From contig CALZGC010000131.1 in the NCBI GenBank assembly GCA_945786985.1, forward strand, positions 946-64,945: DNA of 64,000 nucleotides, given 5' to 3'. This stretch comes from an uncultured Nitrospirota bacterium. GTDB lineage: Bacteria; CG2-30-53-67. How positions within the stretch are numbered: the stretch's first letter is position 1; each line of letters starts with the position of its first letter. Of this stretch, positions 31,601 through 40,188 are shown in pieces. Below the pieces are notes generated by a model. It was given only the letters and a program-made list of their open reading frames with translations. It searched no databases and was not told where the DNA came from. Both the position numbers and the translations under genes were made by a program.

Positions 31601-32401
31601 CCACTCCTTGGCTATCAGATGCGCCTTGCCCAGAACCCAGAGCTCCCACGGGGCCTCGGCCGAATCCTCGAAGTGTTGGATCGCGGTGGGCGCCGATTTG
31701 GGATCCAGATCGAGGGAGCGGTCGTAGTAGGCCGCAGACCGTTCCGGTTTCGAGCCTCGCAACAGACTCCCGAGATAAAGGAAGGGCACAGCTTCGTTTG
31801 GGATCTGTTCGAGGAGCTGTTCCAGACGGGGCAGAACCCAGATCAATTCCTCTTCCCTGGCTTTGAGTACGGTGGAATAAGCCGTGAAGGCCTCGCCGTA
31901 AGCACCCTGTCCTTCGAGGATCAGCGCCATCATATATCTCAGCTCGTTCATGAGCAGCACGTTTTGCCCGACACCCGAGAGCTTGCGCAGCTCCTCGGTT
32001 CTCATGCGGGTCCGCTCGAACACGCGGGACAGCACCTCCGCCTCGGTCTCGCCGATGACCGCCAGCACGGCCTTCAAGTCCCGCATGTGGATCATCATTT
32101 CCAGGCGAAGCTCAAAGAATTCGGACCGCCGGATTCCCCCCGGAGGGTTGATGAGTACCTTCAGGATTTCCCGCCCGCGCTCCGGGTCTGCTTTGAACGC
32201 CTTTCGGTACTCCCGGGACGCGGCCTGCGGATCCTGGATCTGGCAGTAGAGCTCTCCCAGCGCCATGAGAAGCGGGATATTCCTTGGATCCTTCCTGACA
32301 GCCGTCTCACAGCACTGAATGCCCTTGTCGATCTTCCCTTTCTCGACAAGTCTATGAGCCTTTTCGATCACTTTTTCCGGTGTTGAAAGATTTGCGAACA
32401 T
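28607..32401 (-). CDS. Giant TPR-repeat protein (1264 aa)
   Basis: TPR-like helical repeats throughout, no enzymatic motif. First gene of a three-gene minus-strand operon. Confidence 0.65.
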   Translation of the reverse strand: MFANLSTPEKVIEKAHRLVEKGKIDKGIQCCETAVRKDPRNIPLLMALGELYCQIQDPQAASREYRKAFKADPERGREILKVLINPPGGIRRSEFFELRLEMMIHMRDLKAVLAVIGETEAEVLSRVFERTRMRTEELRKLSGVGQNVLLMNELRYMMALILEGQGAYGEAFTAYSTVLKAREEELIWVLPRLEQLLEQIPNEAVPFLYLGSLLRGSKPERSAAYYDRSLDLDPKSAPTAIQHFEDSAEAPWELWVLGKAHLIAKEWAKGVACFQEIHDPALEPRTMALLKRVNPSLEGVEPVLLLLGDRLRDAGNFEEASTIYGLLHGRVDGEQLRERFKRLVELDPENIGAARTFGELCLDEGDMVGSIAQMRKIVQTDPVQRHIFFDRTFPMLSDHFDEPELPLFLAELCLDDPDVERPVVLLRRFIRLTPDSPERALLLLKRLAEKHPDHPSIRLGEAEALMSLGRDQEALQSLRLTLAGEALLVREVLRHLSMLVRKSPRFGAEVVAFFQELERKGVHEPAMDLVWAEAAMASSDQQEAVSHLMRCVGDDPERNAAVAALIDEWAKAHPDEHTVVLARAELCFRTERYDAVGETLNAYLRNHPQAIGRAIPFYREMIRQRPDETSLHQGMMKAYHLSGTYDMVLEEGAKLEQTLEGSQLGAIHQCMGDACKEMGRFTDAVKLYFQAFKEDGAMAADTAERLQMVLDMNPTLPKASLALGVVLSGCGRVAEGVECLLRLVRDVPQSSSTVMKYLKQISVNHPVAVDPILGMAELHVLAGTYETALDLLWKGIQRDSNQSASILRLLDKIAAKNPGMARTHLEMGKVYLKVGLCAKAAHHFLQAVETDLTLSEQAIKFCHDIIAVDPGELKAYSTVTTIMLRLQRPAAAAQFLSSAGNSHPEMGDTLLPQLEALEKAAPGSAEVVKVVAWNYLEAGRLDEAVAAMERTIALEPSMVEAGEALYNDVLEKQPEHGRARLQRGSCRLHKLDLPAAFEDVRAAVEANPEGTTGGLELLEALRGHGLKGTEFLLFMGDLYADRKEHEPSIQLYQEALEGTQEPAEKIELLLRLAEVHERLGQTDAVQRDLEAARELSSDQSFYYQKVTELTLKRIHRDVKAFQEAAAGDGPLPEAQLKRFISQLILLGRDKEAEEWVRRQIRFRDAHSTREIWGHYHEQVGNYALAVQLQTPEDRYHQLYLLEQAGYALPASVLLEDMLDENPDPQLQNRLNAACSVLMEESLLGQRRPLVGQTRLKIYDLPSAG

Positions 32402-32453
32402 GGAAAGTCCTCACCAGTATGAGAGAAAATCCGGATAAGTATCAGTATAATAT

Positions 32454-32478
32454 GCGTCAATTTTCCGTGTCAATTTTT
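32454..32478 (-). promoter_or_regulatory. Tandem direct repeat (G[CT]GTCAATTTT x2, 13-bp period) in the promoter region of the TPR operon
   Basis: gcgtcaatttt-cc-gtgtcaatttt, about 55-75 bp upstream of the 32401 start. On the coding strand this reads AAAATTGACAC/AAAATTGACGC, overlapping -35-like TTGAC hexamers. Confidence 0.3.
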
Positions 32479-32906
32479 ATGTCACTTTGAGGGCTCTTTT
32501 TTGATCCGGCCCGTCGAGACGACGCTCTCTGCGGATGACACAGGGATGCCGCGGAGCAGCTCCCGGACGCTCCTCCCCCGAATACAGAGCCGGCCGGAGC
32601 TGTTGCGATGAAAAACGGGAGAATTATTCTAGAAACCTCAGAAAGAACGGTTAACGGTCCGTTCACGGAATTTGGCTGGATGTTCCCGGGGGGCGACACC
32701 GTGCCTGGCGGGAAACCAACCCGGACCGGTGGCGCTGCATGGCGCAGGAACACGATATCGGCGTCATGATCCTGTTATATTACTGGCGGACAACTCGTTG
32801 AAATCGGACGGATGGGGTGGGGTGCGGGGAATCGATCCTCTCAGCCGGGGCGAAGCACCTGTCCCTCGCCCCGGAGATTCGCCGGCTGAGGGGGGCCGGC
32901 AGCAGG

Positions 32907-33383
32907 CTATTTCAGGGCGGTGTCGAGTATCTTCTCCGCCTGTTTCTCGGAGATCCCCTTGGCCAGGGATATCTCTGAACTGATGAGATGCTTCGTATCA
33001 CAGAGCATCTTCTTCTCACCGAAGGAAAGCTCCTTGTCTCGGGAAAGAAGGGTCAGGTTGCGAAACACTGCTGCTATTTCATAGATGGAGCCGGTCTTAA
33101 TCCTCTCGAGGCTCTCCCGGTAACGCTTATTCCAGTTCGGAACGATGGCCTTGGGCTTTTGCTTCAAGACCTTCACAACCTTCTTGACATCGGAGGACTG
33201 GATGACCTCCCGAAGACCGACTTTATCAACATTGCCGCAGGGGATCATGATCCGGGTCCCCTTCTCGATAATCTTCAAAATGTAGAACTTCTGCTTCTCT
33301 CCCATCAACTCCTTTTCTTCTATGGCTTCGATTTTCCCCAGCCCATGCGAAGGATAGACTACCGTCTTCCCGATCTTATACAT
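32907..33383 (-). CDS. CarD/CdnL-family RNA-polymerase-binding transcription factor
   Basis: MYKIGKTVVYPSHGLGKIEAIEEKELMGEKQKFYIL... is the CarD_CdnL_TRCF N-domain. 158 aa. Confidence 0.75.
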   Translation of the reverse strand: MYKIGKTVVYPSHGLGKIEAIEEKELMGEKQKFYILKIIEKGTRIMIPCGNVDKVGLREVIQSSDVKKVVKVLKQKPKAIVPNWNKRYRESLERIKTGSIYEIAAVFRNLTLLSRDKELSFGEKKMLCDTKHLISSEISLAKGISEKQAEKILDTALK

Positions 33384-33603
33384 ACAACCACTCCCTTCTG
33401 ATGAAAGCACATGGAAAGTCCTTTAAGAATGCCATAAAATACAATAAATTGCAAACGGAGTCAATAAAAATCTAACGCACCCAGAGTCAGAACGAGAATC
33501 TCCTTGACAATTTCCGCCTCCCTAAGATAAATTAGAAGCACCAGAGCATCCTAACATATTGAAAAACATAACTTTTTGCCATCACCCAAAGGAAGGAGCC
33601 CCC

Positions 33604-34683
33604 ATGGCCAAAAATATCCTCGATTTGAGACCGGAAAATGCGGTGAAAAAGCTGGGAAGCGGGAGCAAGGTCTGTTTGTTGAGCTCGAAGGATATCTTTG
33701 ACGTGCTGAAGCAGGAAAGTTGCATTGTGATGGCCAACAACTGCCGGATCAAGCATGCCATCCCGGGGATCATGCGGGCAGCCCAGGAACTCGATGCCGT
33801 CATCGCCTTTGAGCTGGCCAAATCAGAGGGGGGCCTCCCCGCCGGCGGCTATACCGGAATGCCCCCCGCGGTCTACTTCGAAACGGTCGTGGGATATGCT
33901 GAAGAAATGGGGTTCACCACCCCGTTTTTCATCCACGGGGATCACGTCACCACCAAAAGCCCCGCCCCCGACGTGGTGGCCGACTCACGCGCCCTCATTG
34001 AAGCGGAGCTTGCGGCCGGCTACACGTCCATCGCCGTGGACGCCTCCTTTAACGAAACCGCCGACAATGTCAGGATTTCCACCGAACTGGGTAAGATCGT
34101 GCGCAATGCCGGTGCCGGTCTCGAAACGGAAGTCGGGGAAATACTCGCCACCGGCGTCGATGCCCGGATCACCTCAGTGAAAGATGCGGTCGAATTCATG
34201 GAGGGGATCACGGCCAACGGCGTCACGCCAGATCTGCTGGCCATCAACAACGGCTCCAAGCACGGCAATTATACGCCCGGCGAAGAAGTGCACATCGACC
34301 TGAAACGGACGAAGGAGATCTTCGATGCCATCTCCAAGTGGCATGTGGGCATAGCGCAGCACGGCATCACCGGAACACCGGTGCACCTCCTGAGCCAGTT
34401 TGTGGACCACGGTGTTCGCAAGGGAAATGTCGCCACGCTGTGGCAGAACATTGCCCACGAGGGACTGCCGGCCGATCTCATGGGGCAGATCCGCGACTGG
34501 AGCCAAAAGGAGAACAAAGCAATCAAACTCACGACGGTCGTCTTCAAAAAGGAGATCGACAGTATCCCCGAAGAGAACCGAAAGAAGATCGCCGATATGG
34601 CTTACGAAGCCGCCAAGGACTTCCTCACCAACTTCCGCGCCCGGGGGACGGCCACCAAAGTGATTGAGGCCCTCACGCGGTAG
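33604..34683 (+). CDS. Class-II fructose-bisphosphate aldolase family protein
   Basis: Motifs FIHGDHV and INNGSKHGNY resemble the metal-ligand regions (..HxDHG.. / ..GTSHGAY..) of ~360-aa class-II FBAs. Strong RBS AAGGAAGGAG. Confidence 0.55.
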   Translation: MAKNILDLRPENAVKKLGSGSKVCLLSSKDIFDVLKQESCIVMANNCRIKHAIPGIMRAAQELDAVIAFELAKSEGGLPAGGYTGMPPAVYFETVVGYAEEMGFTTPFFIHGDHVTTKSPAPDVVADSRALIEAELAAGYTSIAVDASFNETADNVRISTELGKIVRNAGAGLETEVGEILATGVDARITSVKDAVEFMEGITANGVTPDLLAINNGSKHGNYTPGEEVHIDLKRTKEIFDAISKWHVGIAQHGITGTPVHLLSQFVDHGVRKGNVATLWQNIAHEGLPADLMGQIRDWSQKENKAIKLTTVVFKKEIDSIPEENRKKIADMAYEAAKDFLTNFRARGTATKVIEALTR

Positions 34684-34789
34684 CCGGCCGGCGGCCTGTT
34701 ATCCGGCGGGCCCTTGATTATACCGCTTACAGTGCTCGACGATCCACCCGGAGGCCGCGGCCCCGCCGCGGCGGGGTCATCACCCATCG

Positions 34790-35653
34790 ATGTTGTGGTT
34801 CTATCTCTCGCTGATCTGTGCCGTCTCCGTGGCCATCGTCGACGCTCTGAGCAAGCGCGCGCTGGGCCGCAGCGACCCGTACGTAATTGCGTGGGTCCGC
34901 CTCGGCTACTGCATCCCTTTCCTGGCCTTCAGTTTCATCTGGATCGAAGTCCCCGAACTGGACGCCCCCTTCTTTCGGACCGTTCTGGTCATGCTGCCGC
35001 TGGAGATCGCAGCACTGATCCTTTATACCCACGCGATCCGGCAGTCGCCCCTCTCCCTGACCATTCCTTTTCTGGCCCTGACCCCGCTGTTTCTCATCGT
35101 CACTGCCTTCGTCATCCTCCAAGAGCGGCCTGACGGGTCGGGAGTGGCGGGGATTGTCCTGATAGCGGCGGGCGCGTATCTGCTGAATGTGCATACCCGG
35201 CGCGACGGTTGGCTGGCGCCGATTCGCGCCATCCTCCAGGAAAGGGGGTCCCGGAAGATGATCGTCGTGGCCTTCCTCTACAGCATTACCTCGGTCCTGG
35301 GCAAGGTGGCCATCCAGCATTCCAGCCCGGCGTTTTTCGGTGTGGTCTACTTTCCCCTCCTCGCACTGGTCAGTCTGCCCTTTCTCGGACTCGCTGCCGG
35401 ACGTCAGGCCTACGGCACGCTGGTGTCGCGAAAAGGGATCTTTACCCTCATTGGTCTGGTCCAGACCGTCATGATCCTCACCCATGTCACCGCCATCAGC
35501 CTGGTGGAAGTCCCCTACATGATCGCTATCAAACGAACCAGTCTTCTGTTCGCCATCGTGCTGGGGTGGATGTTCTTCGGGGAGATCCATATCCGCGAAA
35601 GAGCTCTCGGATCGCTCTGCATGCTGGCGGGCGTGGTGTTGATTCTGTTTTGA
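34790..35653 (+). CDS. EamA/DMT-family transporter
   Basis: 287 aa, about 10 TM helices, duplicated EamA pattern. Confidence 0.7.
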   Translation: MLWFYLSLICAVSVAIVDALSKRALGRSDPYVIAWVRLGYCIPFLAFSFIWIEVPELDAPFFRTVLVMLPLEIAALILYTHAIRQSPLSLTIPFLALTPLFLIVTAFVILQERPDGSGVAGIVLIAAGAYLLNVHTRRDGWLAPIRAILQERGSRKMIVVAFLYSITSVLGKVAIQHSSPAFFGVVYFPLLALVSLPFLGLAAGRQAYGTLVSRKGIFTLIGLVQTVMILTHVTAISLVEVPYMIAIKRTSLLFAIVLGWMFFGEIHIRERALGSLCMLAGVVLILF

Positions 35654-35704
35654 GCGTGGACGAAAACGCGGCACACGGAACCTGGGGAAAGAGGCCCCGT
35701 CTTT

Positions 35705-36739
35705 TCAGGGCGCACCCCGGTGCGGTTCGAGGATGACCTTGAGGGACACGGCGCTCTCGGCCACCAGACGGAATCCCTCCTGCGCCTCCGCCAGGTCGAG
35801 GCGGTGGGTAATCATGCGGCCCACCGACACGGTTCCGCTCCGCAGCAGTTCGATGGCCACAGCGGTGTCGGCGGGGCTGCTGCCATAGGAATGGATGAGC
35901 CTGATATTGTTGCGCCAGAACGTCTGAACCGGCACCGGCAGTTCGACACCAGGATCGGTGGGGGCAAAAAAGAGAATGGTCCCCGCCCGGTCCACCGACG
36001 CCAGCGCCTGCTGAAAAGCGGGAAGAGCCGAGGTGCAGACGATAACATGGTCCGCGAGGCGGGCACCCCTGCCCTCACCGAGCAGCCGGGCGACATCCTC
36101 GCTCGCCGGAATGACCCCGTCGGCGCCGAGGGTCTCGGCCATTTTGAGACGCGCGGCACTGACATCGGTCACGACGATGCGCGCCGCGCCCGAGGCGCGT
36201 GCCAGTCGCAGATGGAGCAGACCGGAAAGGCCGCTTCCGAGAATGAGCACATGCTGCCCGGGGCCCACCCCGACGGCCCGCTGGGCCCGGACCACGCATG
36301 CCAGGGGTTCGATGAAGGTTCCGTCCTCGAAGGAGACCTCCTCGGGAAGCCGAAAGGTGCCCCGATCGACATGGAGGGCCGGAATGCGGATGTATTCCGA
36401 GAAGCCGCCGGGATCGAAATTGGTGGTGTGCAGGGTATCGCAGGAGGTGTGATCGCCGTTCAGGCAGTAACGGCAAGTGTTACAGGGCACATGATGGGCT
36501 ACAAAAACCCGGTCTCCCGCTTGAAATCGGCGGGCCCGGGAATCGGCTTCCGCCACCACGCCCGTCACCTCATGGCCGAGGACCAGGGGCGCCTTGCGGA
36601 TCCGGTACCACTCCATTACATCGCTGCCGCAGATGCCGCTGGCCATGGTTTTCAGCAGCATCTCCCCCGGCCCCGGGGCAGGCGTCGGCATCTCCTCAAG
36701 CCGGACATCCCGGTTGTTGTAATACATGGCCACCCGCAT
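35705..36739 (-). CDS. Zn-dependent medium-chain dehydrogenase (threonine/sorbitol dehydrogenase-like)
   Basis: GICGSDVMEWYRIRKAP..GHEVTG zinc-ADH signature, Rossmann GSGLSG. 344 aa. Confidence 0.75.
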   Translation of the reverse strand: MRVAMYYNNRDVRLEEMPTPAPGPGEMLLKTMASGICGSDVMEWYRIRKAPLVLGHEVTGVVAEADSRARRFQAGDRVFVAHHVPCNTCRYCLNGDHTSCDTLHTTNFDPGGFSEYIRIPALHVDRGTFRLPEEVSFEDGTFIEPLACVVRAQRAVGVGPGQHVLILGSGLSGLLHLRLARASGAARIVVTDVSAARLKMAETLGADGVIPASEDVARLLGEGRGARLADHVIVCTSALPAFQQALASVDRAGTILFFAPTDPGVELPVPVQTFWRNNIRLIHSYGSSPADTAVAIELLRSGTVSVGRMITHRLDLAEAQEGFRLVAESAVSLKVILEPHRGAP

Positions 36740-36773
36740 CCGTCACACTCCGGAGCGCAGCCAGGCGTCCGCC

Positions 36774-37568
36774 TCACTCGCCCTGCATGGTCTCCTGATA
36801 GAGTTCGTAGGCCTCGGCAACGCCTGCCTTGGCGTGGATGATCGCGTGCAAGGCCCGCGCCATCGGCACGGGATGCTTGCTCTGCCAGACATTGCGCCCC
36901 AGGTTGATTCCGATGGCCCCTTTCTGCATGCCGTCATGGACAAACTCCAGAACCTCCCGCTCGGTCTCACACTTGGGCCCTCCCGCCATCACCACCGGAA
37001 CGGGACAGCCGTTGACGACCTTGTCGAACCCGTCGTCACACCAGTAGGTCTTCACAATCCTGGCCCCCAACTCGGCCGCAATGCGGCACGCCAGGGCGAG
37101 ATAGCGCGCGTCCCGTTTGACCAGTTCCTTGCCCACGGCCGTGACGGCCATCACGGGAATGCCGTAGTCCTCGCAGGCATTCACCAACTCCGCGAGATTC
37201 ATCAGTGTCTGGCGTTCGTATCGGCTCCCCACGAAGACGGACACACCGACGGCCGCTACGTTGAGGCGCAGGATCTCCTCGATGGAGGTGGTGATCTCTT
37301 CATTGGCAAGATCCTCTCCCACCACGCTCGTACCGCCCGAGACGCGAAGAATGATCGGTTTGCTCTGAACCGGGTTCACCGCCGCCCGCAACACCCCCCG
37401 GGTGACAAAGAGCGCATCGCAATAGGGAAGCAGCGGTTCAATCGTCTCGCCCGGCTTTTCAAGGCATCGCGTTGGTCCCTGGAAATACCCGTGATCGATC
37501 GGCAGGAAATAGCAGTGACCGTCGGGCTGCACCACTTGGCTCAGCCGGTTTTCCATACCCCAATCCAT
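36774..37568 (-). CDS. DhnA-type class-I aldolase family protein (fructose-bisphosphate aldolase / ADH-synthase-like)
   Basis: LPIDHGYFQG and the KTYW Schiff-base-lysine region typical of the DeoC/LacD/DhnA TIM-barrel aldolases. Start MDWG at 37568 with RBS GGAGGAAG. Co-operonic with the Zn-dehydrogenase. Confidence 0.6.
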   Translation of the reverse strand: MDWGMENRLSQVVQPDGHCYFLPIDHGYFQGPTRCLEKPGETIEPLLPYCDALFVTRGVLRAAVNPVQSKPIILRVSGGTSVVGEDLANEEITTSIEEILRLNVAAVGVSVFVGSRYERQTLMNLAELVNACEDYGIPVMAVTAVGKELVKRDARYLALACRIAAELGARIVKTYWCDDGFDKVVNGCPVPVVMAGGPKCETEREVLEFVHDGMQKGAIGINLGRNVWQSKHPVPMARALHAIIHAKAGVAEAYELYQETMQGE

Positions 37569-37720
37569 AACGTCTTCCTCCGTGTCTGACTTTGAAAAGA
37601 GAAGGTTCCACGGCAAACCCGCCGCCGGCCGTTGCAAAACGGACATCTTCGGTGTCATCCGATTTAAAGGCTAAACTAATCTTTTTGCGAGACGCGTGTC
37701 AAGCCACTTTTCCCGGGTGA

Positions 37721-38076
37721 CTAGCCCGGACATTGCATGAGTGATCGTCATGAGAGGCCCCAGAGGTGCTAGAGGCGCCACAAGCAAGGCGCAGAAGATT
37801 TTCTGGCTGAAGACATATTGAAATATTTAAGTGGTCCTGTTCGCAAGTATGGTGACGTATCGAGAGGGTCGTAGCGCGGTCTCCTCAAGGCGCGCGACTG
37901 AGGCGTGCCCCCTGCGGTACGACGCAGGGAGCGCCACGCAGAGGAGGGCGCACTACGGCACTCGAATGCCATCGTATTTGCGAATAGGGCCACCAGATCA
38001 ATAAATTTTCTGTAACGCCGCATGTGGCAGACTATCCGGCCTCCTAATAGATTGACTCATGCAATATTCGGGCTAA
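37721..38076. mobile_element. MITE-like element, copy 3 (longest, ~356 bp; putative full-length form)
   Basis: CTAGCCCGGACATTGCATGAGTGATCGTCATGAGAGGCCCCAGAGG...GCAAGGCGCAGAAGATTTTCTGGCTGAAG...TTCTGTAACGCCGCATGTGGCAGACTATCCGGCCTCCTAATAGATTGACTCATGCAATATTCGGGCTAA. The interior holds GC-rich palindromes (CCCTGCGgtacgaCGCAGGG). No ORF. Confidence 0.8.
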
Positions 38077-38259
38077 GCGGAGGCTCGCCGCGTGAAACAA
38101 GGCCGCGTGCGGCTGCGGCGGAGCGGTGGCCCCGGCACCGACACCTCCCGACGCCGGCGGACGCCGATGCACAGGGGCGTTCCACACGCTATGGGTTGAC
38201 ATAACGGCGGTTCTGACAAATAATAGGCCAGGGCTTTGGCGAGCTTTTGTACGGGAGCC

Positions 38260-40098
38260 ATGCAAAAACGAATCATCCTCCTGGTTATGCTCAGTATGCT
38301 GATCATTCTGGTCAGTCTCGGGATCATCAGTCAACTGAGCGTAAACAATTCTATTCAACGGTCTCTGGACAAACGGCTGACGCTGGCATCCATCATCAGC
38401 CGCTACTTCGACTACATCCTCGAGACCAACCTCACCCGGCTGTATGACATCTCCATCTCGGGACGGGTGGACTTTGCGGATCAGAACTGGGTGCCTGAAA
38501 CAAAGGCCCTCAAAACTGCTTACGAATATTCCATCTTTACGGATCGTATTTTTCTTCTCGACCAGCACGGCAATGTGGTGTTGAATTATCCCCTGCAGGA
38601 GAGCGGGAAGGTGAATCTCCTGAGCATCCCCGCGGTTAGTCGAGTCATGGCGGAGGGCAAGCCGGTGGTCTCCGATGTGTTCACCATGGAACCGACCAAA
38701 AAGAAAGTGATCCTGGCGCTCGTCCCCCTGAAGGATAGGAACGGAGAAAACATCGGTGTGGCCGGCGGGGAGATTAACCCCACGAATTATCTGTTCAACC
38801 AGATGATCAAGTCCATCCCGACGGAGACGGCCACCTGCATCGAACTCGTCGACAGTCAGGGAATCATTATTGCCTCCAACATCCCCAAACGGATTCTCAC
38901 CTGCAGCGACCACAACCAGTTTCTCGGCAAGCTCATCGCCGCACGCAAGAGTTCGGTGGGCACCTGTCACCGCTGCCACCTTGAAGAAGGCTCGCAGAAA
39001 CGTAAAACCAAGGACATGCTGGCCTTCTCACCGCTCTCTGTCGCCCCCTGGGGAATCTCTCTGCGGGAGCCCCAGGATTCGGTCTTCTCCCCAGCCATCA
39101 CCCTGAGACGCAATTTTGTCATCCTCGGCGTCATCGCCCTCGGTGCGGCCCTCGTCCTGGCTATGGGCATGAGCCGCAGCATCGTGCGGCCCATCCAGCT
39201 CCTCATTCAGGCATCCCAGCGGCTGGGGCGGGGAAATCTTCACGAACCCGTTGCCATCACGAGCCGGGACGAAACGGGAGTGCTGGCCGACAGTTTCGAA
39301 GTGATGCGACAGAAACTCGCAGCCTCCCTGGAGCGCATCCAGAAACAGAATCTCGAACTGGAGCAGCGGGTCCTGGACAGAACGGAAGAACTGGAGATGA
39401 GCCGCAAGAAGCTGGCCCGCCTGTACCGAAAGAACATTTCTGTACAGGAGGAAGAGCGCAAACGCATCGCCCGGGAGCTGCATGACGAAACGAGCCAGTC
39501 CCTGAATGCCGTCCTCATTTCCCTGGATACGCTCAACATCGTGTTGCATCAAAGCAATGCCAACCGCACCCATCTGGAAAAGCTGAGAAAAAATGTGGCC
39601 GCCACCCTTCAGGGGATACATCAACTCATCCAGGATCTCCGGCCACCCGTTCTGGACGATCTCGGTCTCGATTCGGCCATTCGGTGGGTGCTGGAGGGAC
39701 ATCTGGGCGCCAGGGGGATCGGCTATTTTTTTGAGACAGAGGGAGCATGCCCGAACACCTCCTCCAACGGCGGAACGGGGGCGGTCGATTGTGCCACCCT
39801 GGAACTGACGCTCTTCCGCGTCATCCAGGAGGCTGTCATCAACATTGAAAAGCACGCCGACGCCAAACATGTTTTTGTGTCGCTTGTCTTCCAAGAAGCC
39901 CATGTGGAGGTCGAAATCGAAGACGACGGGCGGGGGTTCGATGTAGATCGCGTCTACACCACAGTGGAGACGGCGCGCGATACCGGTTCTTTCGGTCTGC
40001 TTGGGATGCGGGAGCGGGTGGCCCTACTGGACGGGCGGCTCACCATCTGCTCGAGACCACATGAGGGGACCCATATCAGCATGACCATCCCCTTCTGA
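38260..40098 (+). CDS. Sensor histidine kinase, NarX/UhpB type (periplasmic Cache-like domain, HAMP, HisKA_3, HATPase)
   Basis: N-terminal TM, a ~270-aa periplasmic domain and a second TM, then HAMP and the HisKA_3 H-box EERKRIARELHDETSQ. 612 aa. RBS GGGAG. Confidence 0.8.
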   Translation: MQKRIILLVMLSMLIILVSLGIISQLSVNNSIQRSLDKRLTLASIISRYFDYILETNLTRLYDISISGRVDFADQNWVPETKALKTAYEYSIFTDRIFLLDQHGNVVLNYPLQESGKVNLLSIPAVSRVMAEGKPVVSDVFTMEPTKKKVILALVPLKDRNGENIGVAGGEINPTNYLFNQMIKSIPTETATCIELVDSQGIIIASNIPKRILTCSDHNQFLGKLIAARKSSVGTCHRCHLEEGSQKRKTKDMLAFSPLSVAPWGISLREPQDSVFSPAITLRRNFVILGVIALGAALVLAMGMSRSIVRPIQLLIQASQRLGRGNLHEPVAITSRDETGVLADSFEVMRQKLAASLERIQKQNLELEQRVLDRTEELEMSRKKLARLYRKNISVQEEERKRIARELHDETSQSLNAVLISLDTLNIVLHQSNANRTHLEKLRKNVAATLQGIHQLIQDLRPPVLDDLGLDSAIRWVLEGHLGARGIGYFFETEGACPNTSSNGGTGAVDCATLELTLFRVIQEAVINIEKHADAKHVFVSLVFQEAHVEVEIEDDGRGFDVDRVYTTVETARDTGSFGLLGMRERVALLDGRLTICSRPHEGTHISMTIPF

Positions 40099-40188
40099 AG
40101 CGACCGACCCGAAGCCCATCGTACATCCGGTGGCCACCGGACGAATCATCGTCAGCGCCCGACGCGGGTGTTGCAGAGAAGGGACGCC

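Noticed and set aside
38044-38979. 311-aa minus-strand ORF overlapping MITE copy 3 and the 5' half of the NarX-type kinase
   Set aside because: It begins inside the repeat element and runs antisense to a kinase with clear TM/HAMP/H-box architecture, so it is spurious.
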